The notes: generated by a model from the sequence alone, not told the origin. Numbered from the stretch's first letter, positions 51,144-63,190 are shown. The stretch is 64,000 nucleotides of DNA from Takakia lepidozioides (GCA_030704615.1 CM060732.1:39804001-39868000), one strand, 5' to 3'. A program made the numbers and translations.

Positions 51144-52440
51144 TGTCAAGTTATTTTACCACTAGTGTGAAACTAGCTAGGAAATAGCTAGTTTTTACAT
51201 AATGACATTTGGGATTGGCCCAAGTGTCAATCCAGGGGTCAAGGCAGATTTAGGCCCTGGAGTGGTTATCTTCACGGCAAGCGCGGGAGGCTCATCTTTC
51301 TCGAGTTGAGCCTCACCGCGCCTAGCTATGGCGCCGTAGTGTGGATTCCCCATGGCGTGGGGTGCACTTGGCTTGACTTGTATTTGAGTGATGAGGTTAT
51401 ATATGCATGAGTTTATGCTTCAGCTTGTGAGCTTGTGCTTGTATGTCTTCTTCTTTCTTCTTTCTTTATCACTCGAGAAAGATCAGCCCGAGTCTGTGAG
51501 TGCCAGGTTCGAGTTAGTTGTAGCACTTGTGGTTTTTGCTTGAGAATGAGAGAAACCAGGTTGTTATGCAAGGAGCACCATGGAGTGGCTTGGTGGCAAA
51601 GCTGAGAACTGGACTTGGGAATGCGAGCTTTCATTGTGTGAAGGATTGTAAGACCAAGCGAAAGGGCTGATTTGGCTTGGGGCAAATCAGTGCACTTTAT
51701 GGAGTATGTGGAGATTGGGTTTCAATCTCGAGCTTCAGCATTGAAAGGGCTCTTGTCATGGCAAGAGCAGGGCTGGAACAAAAGCTAAGATGTGCGGCAA
51801 GGCCATGGAATGTGCACCTAGGGTTTCAGAGCTTGGAAGAAGAGCTCTTGCACCACAAGAGGAGTGTCTTGGGGCTGGAAATGTAAGCCTTAGGGTTTCA
51901 TGAGCTTGGCAAAGGCTGTGGAGTGCTTAGTCTTGTCTTAGAGAGCATCAAGGAGCCAAGGAGCCAAGATAGGGGGCTGATACCTCTTGTGTGAAGAGGT
52001 TGCATGTGTGGAGCATGTATTCAGCTCGTTGAAGCTGCCATCTTCAAGCTTGGAGGGCAAGCAAGGAAGAGGGAAGGGCTGACTTCCCTTATGTGAGGGC
52101 AAAGCTTGTATTTTCAGGTTTGTGGGTGCAAGAAATGAATCAAAAGAGCTGATTCTCTCATGGTGAGAGTGGGGCATGTGTGGAGCATGCCTTCAGCCCA
52201 TTGAGGCTTTTGTTTTCAAGCTTTAGAGAGCTAGAATGGAAGGGCTAGGGCTGGTTCCCACTTGAGTGAAAGAAGACCACTTCCCCCACAAAAAATGCCC
52301 CCCAAGATTTCAGCAGCAACAACTGAGCCTGCAAGCACGGCTGGCCCCACCACTGGCCCTAACCCAGATTCTAGCCCCCCTCCACAAATAGGGTCTGCGT
52401 GGTCCCAGGGATTATGTGTTGGAGCTCCATATCTCTACTT
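51144..52440 (+). mobile_element. Truncated LTR retroelement 5' end (putative LTR 51144-~51471 plus leader), related to 46413
   Basis: Starts TGTCAAGTTATTTTACCACTAGTG exactly where the TIR homology stops. Similar to 46413-46790. Confidence 0.6.
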
Positions 52441-54800
52441 GTAAGCAGGAGACCGTTGTGGCCCACTCAATCAAATATGAGTTTTCCTGGAGGCCAACAA
52501 ATGCTGAGAGGATTCCAAAAAAAGCTCATTTACTGCGCTCCTCCGCTCCACTAAAAATAGCTTAAGGAGGTTTTCTAGAGAAGTGGGCAGCTAAGATACC
52601 CGCTTATTCCTGCAACTAGCCATTCGTCTCTCTTTGTGCTCTCACATTCATATTAGCATGCCAAAATCTTGAGAGACTAACACAGTATCATTGGAATCTA
52701 GACAAACAAACTTTAGCTCTCTAAAAGGACAGAGTACCCATATGGGGAAGAGGTTCTTCTTGACGCTACCTTTGGTTGTCGTCGATATACATATATATGA
52801 TTTTAATACATGATTATTACATTCAACGGTTAGTATATAGAATATAGAGTATACTATGTATCATTATACAAAATAAAGCCATAACTCTGTTTATTTTATT
52901 GTATAAATATTATGTGGCTTGTATTTGTGTAATATAGAATCTCTCTTTAGATCTTAGATATCATAATTCCATATAAATGCAATATGACCATGCTTCCTAC
53001 TACTTTAAGTTCATCGCTAGTTTCTTGGTTTTTATGTTCTGATTATTACTTGTATTTCAGGTCTCCATCAATAAAATATTGAGAATTAGCCAAAAATTAT
53101 TGACTTGATGAATATGGATTGAAAATATAGTAACACAAATTAATACAACATCTTGTTAGTTTGGGTGGTATAGGGACCATAAATAAAAACTACGTGTCAA
53201 CATAATACCATGTTTGATCTATCACTGCAAGAATATCATTCGTCCATTACTTCTCTTGAGATATGGAAGGTCGCAATGACGCAAGAGATCCTATGAGCCA
53301 CTAAGATGAGACATGTATAATGGATATGAGCAGTTGTATATAAGAGGAAGAAGTAGACTAGGATCTATACTCTATAGAATTAAAAACGGTGGAAGATAGA
53401 GAAGAGAAAAAATGAAGACAAACATGTGAGTTACACACCATGTACACCAATGTTGTTCTGAAGCAATAAAGTTGATTGCATAATCCCCCATCAATTGATG
53501 CACTAGCCATAGTAGTTTTGTTACAATAATACTTGTTGCAGGATTCGTATTTACACATAAACTGGGCAGTAACAAAAAATTATAATGAGAACCAACATTC
53601 AATGTATGGGAACGGTTGAAATAAGAAGTAAATTTGCAAGAGGAGAGGAGGTGACACTTGAATGAAAGGCATAATAGGAGTTTAGCGATCCTTAATTTTT
53701 GACGTTGATTTCTAGTCTTCTCTTTGAGTAAACAAAAGCCAATAAATAATATAACAAAATTGTTCTAATGCCTCTTGAAAACATATTAATTGAAGCCCAA
53801 ATGTGTGTTTATTTCAGCTTGAGCAAAGTACATGAAAAAAAAGAAGAAAAAAACAAGGAATAAATAATCCCCATTCTCATATCTCATTGTGTCGAAACAT
53901 TATATCGCCAAAATGTTGCTTACAACTATAAATCATATATCCATTGGTAAATTTTATGAATTCAAGAATTTGTACTTGGTCCGCACTACGACTTCAACAT
54001 GATGAATTTTCTAGAATACCGGCCGATGAAAATATGCTAAGATCTAAGATAAATGTATATGGAATATGATACCACTGTAAGAGTATCAACTTACAAGAGT
54101 TCGTTATCCCTCACCTCTATCAAACGTACATCCCAATTTAAACATGATATTTTTGTAAGAGTATGGAGACAAAATCCTTTTATATAGTAATCTGATTTAA
54201 TATCATGATCCGTTCGTAGGCTTACATTGGACTTAAAAATGACCGTGGCACTTCTACAACTCTTTCCAAATTTGTAAGAAATTATTATCAAACGCCACAA
54301 CCATTTTCTACTTGTGGATTGCGAATGCTCCCAAACGCTAGAAATTAATATTGGCCAAAGCGCTTTTCTACTTCTAGTTCATAATCTTGTATTTAAGACC
54401 CCAGGTCCCCATGACTAATCATGTTTTCAATCACTTCCACTTCACATTCCCAACCCCCCCTCCCTTCATACTTATGTAGATTGCCGAGTGTATACGTTTT
54501 AGAAATTCAATGCTTCAATACATCAAACAAGTCAAAGATACTCAACTAGCTTTAAAAATAAATAAATAAACACTTGTCCATTTTTGTGGTATTATGTGCC
54601 AAAAATACTGATAATCTGGTGAAAATATATGGTTGAAAATATAATAACATCCATCAAATGTTCATATAACTAAGCCGATTAGCACACATTCATTAACATA
54701 TATATATATATATATATATATATGGCTTTGAAGACATCATACTTCAATGATTAACTATAATTTTAATGCAACATCACCATGTCTGGTGGTAATACACTCG

Positions 54801-55032
54801 TGTAGAAGAGAAGAGAGAAGAAGAAGACACAGCTGTCATGCGTATACATATTGCTATACAACTATATCGCTGTCCAAAACCACATAACATATGTGCACAC
54901 CAAACACTAGTCTATCACTAGTCCACCACTAGTGCAGCCACTAGTCCAACCACTAGTGCAACCACTAGGCTGCCACTAGCCACCACTAGTGCAGCCACTA
55001 GTCCATCACTAGGCTGCCACTAGTCCATCACA
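54801..55032 (-). repeat. 3' LTR (232 bp) of the DNMT-gypsy element, preceded by a polypurine tract
   Basis: The minus strand reads AGGGGGGCGAT|TGTGATGGACTAG...TTCTACA (TG...CA), with internal CACTAG micro-repeats. Confidence 0.7.
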
Positions 55033-55292
55033 ATCGCCCCCCTAGCTGGCGCTTAGGTCCCTCTAAGTCCAGGTAGCCACAAGATGTGATAGTGGCCATA
55101 GCCTCACTAGGTCCTCCACCATTGTCCCTACTACACTCAAACTCAATAGATCAAGAGGCCGGGTACAAGAGTTGCCCCATCGTTAGTCGCCGTCTTGCAA
55201 CCTGTGAACTTGAGCCTGAGATCTTGGGTATTGACTCATATGAGCTTGGCCTCCCATGTCTTATGAGCTGCCACTAGTCATATCCACTGCCA

Positions 55293-57014
55293 CTATCCCA
55301 AGCAGTGTGGACATAACCAATCTCCATCAGGAACCCTCTCAAGAGGTGGTGTCAAGCATCCCATGTGCCAACCTCTTGAGCATCGATCACACACCAGCAT
55401 AGTGGCGGCACCACGAGCATGCCCACATAGCATGCAACGCAATCCTGCAGGTACCACTGCAAGGTTGGGATCTATCCTCCCATTCACATGTGGAAGGTGA
55501 CATGGCGCACAATTACGCACATGGTCCTTCCATACCATGCCATCTCGACCCTCCAGAATCAACACTCCTGAAGGCAACACCTCCCTGACCCTTAGAATCA
55601 CACGTCCTGCTGTGACATCTAAGGTCGTAGGCGCTGTCTGCTGCAGATACACATAGTCCCCAGGGTAGAAACGCCGAACATCTGGCCGATATCCCCCTCC
55701 ACGTATAGTGACATACCTCAATGTGTCTCGGTGTTGGGCAATAGCAAGATTCTCAAAAGCCATAGGCATGACTCTCTTGAACAACTCTGCCCGCTGGGCA
55801 CATGCTTGTGTCCACACATCCGGATCATCAAGGTTGAGGACTACTGCAGCCTCCCTGCGAATAGATGCAGGCAAATCCGGCTCTCGGCCAAAAATAAGGA
55901 AATATGGTGAGAAGGAGGCAAATGATGCTTGCTTGCTGAACCTGTAGCCCATGGCTAACCAAGGTACCTGAAGATCCCAATCTCCTAGGTGTCCCTTTTG
56001 CAAGCCATACTTGCGCAAACCCCTCTTCACTGTCTAAACCACTCTCTCTGCCAAGCCATCGGCCTCATGATGATCCCGAGAAGTGGTACGGTGGTCTATC
56101 AAGGCTTTATCACACAAAGCCTGAAACTCCCCCAAGAACTCTCTCCCTTGGTCCGTGAGTACCTCAGCTGGAGCACCGAATCGGCTAAGCACACGATCCA
56201 GGAATGCATACGCAGCCCCTTCACTAGCCTTGTCAGGCAATGGAACCAACTCAATCCACTTGGAGAAGTGCTCCACCATCACCAACACATATCTGTGGTG
56301 ACGCATCGTCAGTGGCAAAGGCCCTGCGAAGTCAAGACTCCACATGTAGCCCAATCCCATGATGGGTAAAGGATGCAACTGTGGTGTAGGGGCGTTGAAT
56401 GAAGCACGCACCCTGTCACACACCATGCACCTAGCCACGAACTGTTGCACCTCTGTGTGCATACCACGCCACCAATACTGCCCCTGCAGTAAACTATGAG
56501 TGCGTCGCACTCCAAAATGCCCTAACTCCTCATGGGCATGCCGCACTAACCGTGCACGCTGTGTTGGGTGAGGCACGATCCTCACTCGACCATCCTCCCA
56601 CACTCGAAGCAGGTGTATCCCATCCCACTTGAACCTCTTGGCTCGTTGTAGGATCCGATCCCTCTCTTTGGCAGTCACACTAGCTGCCGTGTCTCCAGTG
56701 CGGAGGTAGTCCAACACAACCGGTTCCTCATGTATATCTCTGGCACCACCTGGCTCATCACTAGCCTCAGGGTCCTCAGACACTCCGTCTACAGTCATCC
56801 CTGTTGTAGGTCCAACCTGACCTCCCGATGCCAAGATACACAAAAAGACATATGCATGCCATCCCGACACCATCTTCTCATCCGTCTCACCATGCCACCA
56901 AGCTCCAGTGTCATCCTGCTGGCTCATGCATGGATTGCGACTCAATCCATCCGCATCCCTATTGACCAAACCTGGTCGATGCACAACCTGAACATGTCTC
57001 TCATGCTCCTCCAC
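55293..57014 (-). pseudogene. Gypsy pol C-terminus: RNase H tail, integrase (HHCC + DDE), terminal PHD finger
   Basis: HRPGLVNRDADGLSR; HEELGHFG...CMVC; WSLDFAGP, LTDQGREF, ADGLAERVV; C4HC3 PHD CMLC...MLVCDRCSRGWHMGCLTPPLERVPDGDWLCPHC. In-frame TAG at 56034. Confidence 0.9.
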
Positions 57015-57365
57015 CGTAGCACGAGAGGCAAAGCAATTCCTATAAGCCTCAGGAACCGCCGTATACGTTGTCTCTCTCCTCTAGTGACAATAGGTCCAAT
57101 GTTAGGCTCCCAATTGCCCTTCGTAACTACAACCTTAAGTCCAGCAGACTTAGAGGTAGAGGACGCGTCCAGTGGTTGCTATGCCGCAACCTCTTGAGCA
57201 GTACTCCCTGCCCGCTCAGTCAATGACAAGGCCTCATCCTGCCCCATCATCTCATCCTTGAGGACCTCCTCAACCCGAGAAGAATCCCCAACCTCATCCA
57301 TCACAGCCGCCTTGGCTGCCAACTCCCTCTGAACCTCGAGCACCTCCCACGTGTGCCATGGATGT

Positions 57366-58478
57366 CTACACCCCCGTGGTCCTCACCGGCTCGCCCCCAC
57401 TCACTGCCTGTACCGTCTCGGTAGGCAGAGAGACCGTCAAGGGAAGTGCACTCCGCACTCTTCGTTGCTCAGCCATAGCCAAGCTGATAATCCAGGTCAA
57501 GCAATTTAGATCCATTGCTTGCCCCAACCCCTGACGACGTGATGCCTTTGAAAGAGAAGACACCGCCGTGGTCCCAGTGGAAAAACCCATAGCCCGCTCT
57601 CGCTCGTCGGCATTAGGCTCCACTAATTGCTGCAACTGAGCATCCCACAGGAGGCCAGGTCCATTATCCCGGAAAGCATGCGATCCTGGGAAGCTGAGCA
57701 GTGTAGGTAATGTTGCTCGTGGTTGACCCACCTTGTTAACCACTGCCAAAGGCGAACGGTCATCGTGTCTCACACGCTAAGACTGCCTCCCTGTGTCCAA
57801 AATGCTATCAGCTGTGAGATGTGCTGGCCGCTGCACCCCATCAAATGCACGCTTAAGCAGTGCGGGTGGCATCAAGTTAGTCCACCATAACCGTGGACGA
57901 TGAGCCCGTGACCCCACTACAGCTGCATCCAGCAACACTGCTGACCCAAGCCACGACCGGACTTGATGCACACTGGCCATCATCCTGGCCCGAGAATTGC
58001 CCATCAGTGGCACATTCTCCAAGATGTATGCTGGAGATACAGCTTGATGAAGCTGTAAGTGGCGCAAAACCCACACCATCTCCCAAAACAGACCCGACCT
58101 CGAGTCTCGCAATCCATTGTCATGCCCGGCTGATGAATGCCCTTGGTAGGGCCAACCTACCACTACCAAATCAATGGAGCCAACCCGCTCCAAATCCTGC
58201 GCCCCCAACAACGAAATGTCTCCTGGCAAGGCCTGTTGATATCCACGAACTGCAGACACCGGCAACAACTCAGGGTACTGCTGCACCAACTGAGCAACAT
58301 GACGGAGTGAGACGCATCGTGCAGTCTCATCCCTCTCCACATACAAGTAACGCCGTACTCGTACACCTGCCTGTAGAACAGCAGCCAATCCGGTGCTGAT
58401 CTCGCCAAACAAGTCCAGAAGGCAAATGCCTTCATCCGGACACTGCCACACGATTGGTGTGGTGTCCAATGGTGACAA
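57366..58478 (-). pseudogene. DNMT3-like C5 cytosine methyltransferase domain inside the gypsy polyprotein
   Basis: Motifs in linear order: I LDLFGEI, II YVERD, III GDI, IV GWPYQG (PC changed to PY), V RSGLFWE, VI ENV, VIII AHRPRLWWTNL, IX ERERAMGF, X RRQGLGQAM. In-frame TAG at 57777. Confidence 0.9.
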
Positions 58479-58559
58479 CTGAGGTGGTCCTGGTGCAATC
58501 CCCGCACTGTCCTCCTCTTTTGACGGTACAAAAGCCTCTACTTAGGCTTGTTGCACACG

Positions 58560-60848
58560 CTAATCAGCAACTCGCTGCAAATCCTTGCTCGAGCCCCACA
58601 ATGGAGTGTGAGCAACCATGGCAGGCAACTCCGCCATACCATACATGTCATCCTGCTCCCCCGGATGTGACACATCCTCTGAATGAGTGTTGTCATCCAA
58701 CAACTCTCCAGGCCAAGTCACTGCAGGTGTGAATGCTGCCAATGTCGGCATCTTGCCTCGTTGGGCAACTGTAACTCCTCCTATGAACATCACAGGGAGC
58801 TGCACACGCCGGCCCTCCCTTGACTGCCATTCAGGCCTATAGGAAGCTGACTCCTCCCAAAAATCCAGGGTGAAGCCCATGGGGTACAATACTGCCCCAC
58901 CAATAAGGACATCGTACGAGACCGCGTCTGTCACAATGGCCTTGGCTCTCATCACTGAGCCATCTGTAGGATGATCCGGCTGTAGTCTGATAGCCAACTT
59001 ACGCCGTGTCATGCCCCGAGCCTGCTCTGATCCTCCCAGAGATGTCTGTATCTGGAAAGGGCACGGCTCCATATCCGCCTCCGTGAGGTCCAAGCCTGCA
59101 ATAGCAGCTCTGCCGAACATCAATGGCTGAGCTCCCGAGTCCAACAAGACCCGCAGTGGCCGGTACCTCTTGCCTGCCGGTCCATTCAAACAGAAAATGT
59201 CATCTCGGTTGTCTAACATGACAACTTCAGGTGTCACCATGGCGCGCTCAATGGCTGGCCCAGCTGACAGCTCTATCAACCTGGCAGCTTCAGCTTGCCA
59301 TGGCGCCGCCGTGGCAGTCTTGACCCTCACATCCGAGGATCCCTCCGGCACTACACCTCCCACTATCTCCGCAGAAGATGAAGTAACCTCCCCACTCTCA
59401 CAGAGTGTCGCTGCCAGCCTAAACACCTCAGCTGGTCTTATCCCCGGCGTCGCAATCATGGTAGCCGAGAACAATGGAGCCTGACACACAGCTGTGGCCG
59501 TCCCCAGCAGCACACTAGCTGCCGTAGCCTTGGCAACACTAGGTAGTGGTGCTGCTCGTGTAGCTCTCCCCATAGTAACCTCCGCCTCGGTAACAGTAGG
59601 GCGGGAACTAGGTGCCATGGACGGCGTCGACACTGTCTACGCCAATGTGAATGACTGAAGAAGCCTGGCCTGACGGCTTGCCTCCCCACGCACAACTCCA
59701 CCTCCGCACCCCGTGGCTCAGGAACTCGTGCTGCTCCTCGAGTCACTGCCGCAGCTGACTCCACTGCACTAGTGGTAGTCATGCCCCGCACATAGTGGTA
59801 GTGGTAGTACTGCCCGGCACTAGTGGTGGTGGTACCCCACCTACAGTGGTAGTGGTAGTGGCACCCCTCACCAGTGGTAGTGGTGCCCCACCCATAGTGG
59901 TAGTGGTAGTGGCACCCCTTACTAGTGGTAGTGTTGCCCCGCACATGAATCCCATGCCTCCTAAGTCTCCTCCCTTAGGAGCAGGAGGTGGACCATCCAG
60001 CCTTGGAGCCGGTACCACTTGAGCTGTGGCCATGGCAACGAGCCTCTGCTCTAGCTGCTGAAGCCGGTTGGCCATGCCTTGGTCACCACCCTGACCTCCG
60101 CGTCATTGGCCATGTTGAGCCTGCCCTTGGCCTGCACCTCGTGCCTGGCCACCTCGTTCTCTCTGGGCTGCTCCACCTCACCCCCGGCCACCATCGTTCC
60201 CTTGGAACTGGTCTGGGCGCAACTCAGGGTGCAAACCATAGCACTGGGCCTCTCCATGCCCATACCTGCCACAATGCCCACACTCCACATGTGCAGGCTG
60301 TGCCGGTGCCAAACCATTGCCTCCCTCTGGGCAATCCTTCTTGACATGGGGTCCTCCACATGTCCAGCATACCACATCCGCCCGTTGTTGGCTAGCAAAT
60401 GAAGGGAGAGACCCCTGCATCTGAGGTCCTCTCTGCCCTTCCCTGGGCTTCACCTCAACTCCATTGCTGCCTTGAGCACATTGAGGTAGTGGCTGGCTAG
60501 GAGCACCACTACCCCGTGGTGCCTCCTTAGCAAATCCCACCATGACCACTCGTTCCTCCACCATGTTGAGCTCTATCCGCTCCGCCAGCTAAAACACATT
60601 TGCTAAGGTGGGTTGGGCCGCTTGTAGGAGAGTTGCATCTCGCACCCTTCTCCTCAGCTCCTTGTCCAATATCCCGTACCAGAACTGGACTGCCTGAGCC
60701 TCCGTAACCCCTTGGGTTACATTTATCAAGCGCCTCATGCGAGTGAAAGCCTCCCTCAAGCTCTCAGTAGGCTTCCTCTGGAACTCTTGCAAGCTCCTCA
60801 ACTTCTCTGTCCTCACCCCTTGGTAGTTCCTTCTCAACTCTTCGAAGA
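58560..60848 (-). pseudogene. Gypsy gag C-terminus (two Zn knuckles) and aspartic protease
   Basis: FFEELRRNYQG...FQRKPTESLREAFTR; CWTCGGPHVKKDC; CGHCGRYGHGEAQC; protease VLLDSGAQP...YDVLIG. Several stops and frameshifts. Confidence 0.88.
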
Positions 60849-61644
60849 ACTCCGACTTCTTTCTCCTTGGGCCTTTATGAGGGCAAGATGTTCCAGCACC
60901 CACAAGAGGTCCTCCACGCTTCTATTTTGGATCCTCCACTATTGCCTTGTTGGTGCGCTTGTCATCAGGACCGTAGCAGCATTGATACCTGGACAGAAAA
61001 TTCTAAAATCGATATCCAACGATTTGAGGAAGCATAAAATCAGAGAACTCGTGAAACAAAAAATGGCAACAAACATGCAATGAAACGTCAAAAAGACTGA
61101 GGATGGTGCACACATAATACTGGACAGAAATGTGTTGGCTCTGGGTGCTTTTCGCGAGCCGGGTTCCACTTTAGAATGGACATTCACCCAAAACTGAGTG
61201 GGGTAGTCCTCCAAACTCTCCTCTCCCAGGACAAAGTCGCCAACTCTATCCCAAGGTATGCAAGTCTTTTCAACATTCACTCGCACACCCATAAACCCAT
61301 ATTGCGTCTCACTCTTCCAATGGAGATCCTTCCTGTTGAAGGGTCCTGGTTTTGCTGTTTGCAAACATTGTCGAAGAGGCCGTATAAACAGGCTTTTCGT
61401 GATCAGTATATCATCGGGTTTTGCTTCCACGTCCATGCCCTATATAGTACAAAGGACACGCTTCTGAACATGCAAGAAACGCGCCACAGTACAGGACACG
61501 ATCGACAACGTGCCAGGAGAACAGTGCGCACGTTCGCGGCTGCTGGCAAGTGGCAGGCGGCAGGGATAAAGGTTTGAATTGCAGCCCTAAAAATGGAGGG
61601 CTCGGATGGGTTATGGGAATGGACGGTGGCGATCCTGCGCCGTC
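60849..61644 (-). mobile_element. Second MULE fragment (inner TIR portion and transposase N-terminus)
   Basis: Direct match to 39060-39855. Fused in frame to gag (PRRKKSE|FFEELRR). Confidence 0.9.
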
Positions 61645-61851
61645 GGATGAAGACATGGGCATTTGGTATTCCAACGCATACCGTTTGCCCACAAAATCAA
61701 CCCTGGACAAATCATCTACAACCATTGGTGGTTGATTTGTCGAAGGTTGTAGATGATTGTCGATGGTTGTAGATGATTTGTTGAGGGTCGTAGATGATTT
61801 GTCGAGGGTTGTAGATGATAGTAAAATTGTCGAGCATTTGGTATTCCATAG
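61645..61851 (-). repeat. Outer part of the right TIR of the giant element
   Basis: Reverse complement of 14292-14465 with extra GTTGTAGATGATTTGTCGA units. Confidence 0.85.
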
Positions 61852-63190
61852 AGGATCTCTTCTCACAGTAGCCATAAAACAACATAACACACCTCTACAT
61901 CCATGGAACTAGGCCCGCAAGTCCAATACTTGACACTTGTACCCTTGCTACCAAATGAAAACCATGGAACCAGTCCCTACCCAGTCCCTACAGGGAACCA
62001 GTCCCACCCCATTGCAAGCCTGCAATTGGCTGCTCCCTCATACTATCTGCTTTGGACCTTCTGAAATAACCCTTGCCAAGATTTGGAACCCTGGGGTGAA
62101 AGAAAGAAGGGAGGGCCATGTTTTGCTTCTAGCTGCTAGTAATGAATAAAAGTCTAGATGCACAACTGCCAATTCAAGAACCTGTCATGTTGAGAACAGC
62201 CCAAAGCGGAAAATTTGAAACTTAATGGGGACCAGAAAGGTAAATAAAATGGGAGCTGTAAGACTGAATCTCTAGCAGCCCACTTCAAACTGGAACTGCA
62301 AATAAGTTATACACGAAGAGCTGCCCAACACTGCTATGAACCCACGTAAAGTGGCCTTGTGCCTTAATCATATCATCTGTTGGATGGTTAGTGAAAATTA
62401 TACCTAGTCAAAGAGCTTTAGGCCCTCCACAAGCAGTCCAAAAACAACTCAAAAAGAAAGAAAGAAACCTTCCATCTAAGAAAGCAAGAAGACCAGAAAA
62501 TCTGCCAAGGGTTGCAAGTGAGAGAGTGATGAAATTCAGCTCTGACATCCGGATGCCGTAGATTGGCAAAAAGAGAATGGCACAAAGAGGTCGACAACCT
62601 TCCAGACATGGCATTGGCAGCTTCGAGGAGTTAACCTATGATTGTAATGGTTATTTTGTTAACGTGTTATTTTTCCTCTTTTACCTGGAACAATTTGCTC
62701 GATTAATTTTCAATATTCCGCACTATACAAAATACACCAAGATGGCATCAGGAGAACCCCTTCCGAAATCTAGCTTTACAAACTACTAATCATGAAGAAA
62801 GAAGTGACACTGGACTGCGTGTATCCTTAACATTTTAGAGGAGCCACGCGCAGTGGCATATATACTACCTCTTGGAATTTCTCATCCTCCATCATCATCA
62901 CCGAGGCCTAGTAAAATGAATCTGTTTCTCTCCCGTTTCTATCAAGTCAACTAGACATCTCCCCCCCCCCCCCTCCCTGCCTTCTACACTGTAGTTACCC
63001 CCTTACGGCCTCCAGACTGTTGCAAATGTGGTGTTATGAGTTCACTACCACTCCCTTACCATACTGTAAAGAAACAGAGATACATCTCCATTTTTACTGA
63101 TCGTACAGGCATGAGCATGGATGTTGATGACACAACTCTTAGCCCACATAATGAACATGCTATCATGGCTTTGCAAATTAAGAACATGGA

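Larger units (their letters stand above)
14292..61851. mobile_element. Giant composite TIR-bounded element (47.6 kb including nested insertions), superfamily unknown
   Basis: Left end (T)TATGGAATACCAAATGCTCGACAATTTTACTATCATCTACAACCCTCGACAAATCATCTAC is the reverse complement of the right end at 61851. Flanks are cttc-AGGA(T) and AGGA(T)-ctct. The rest of the left end (14470-15029) recurs at 50484-51143. Confidence 0.62.

Noticed and set aside
46413-51471. 46413-46729 and 51144-51471 as the paired LTRs of one retrotransposon
   Set aside because: Homology continues downstream of both copies, there is no shared TSD and no PPT before the second, so both look like 5' ends of related elements.
52450-54790. 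AT-rich stretch as a possible Helitron or the giant element's transposase
   Set aside because: No Rep/helicase or DDE motifs and no Helitron termini were recognised.
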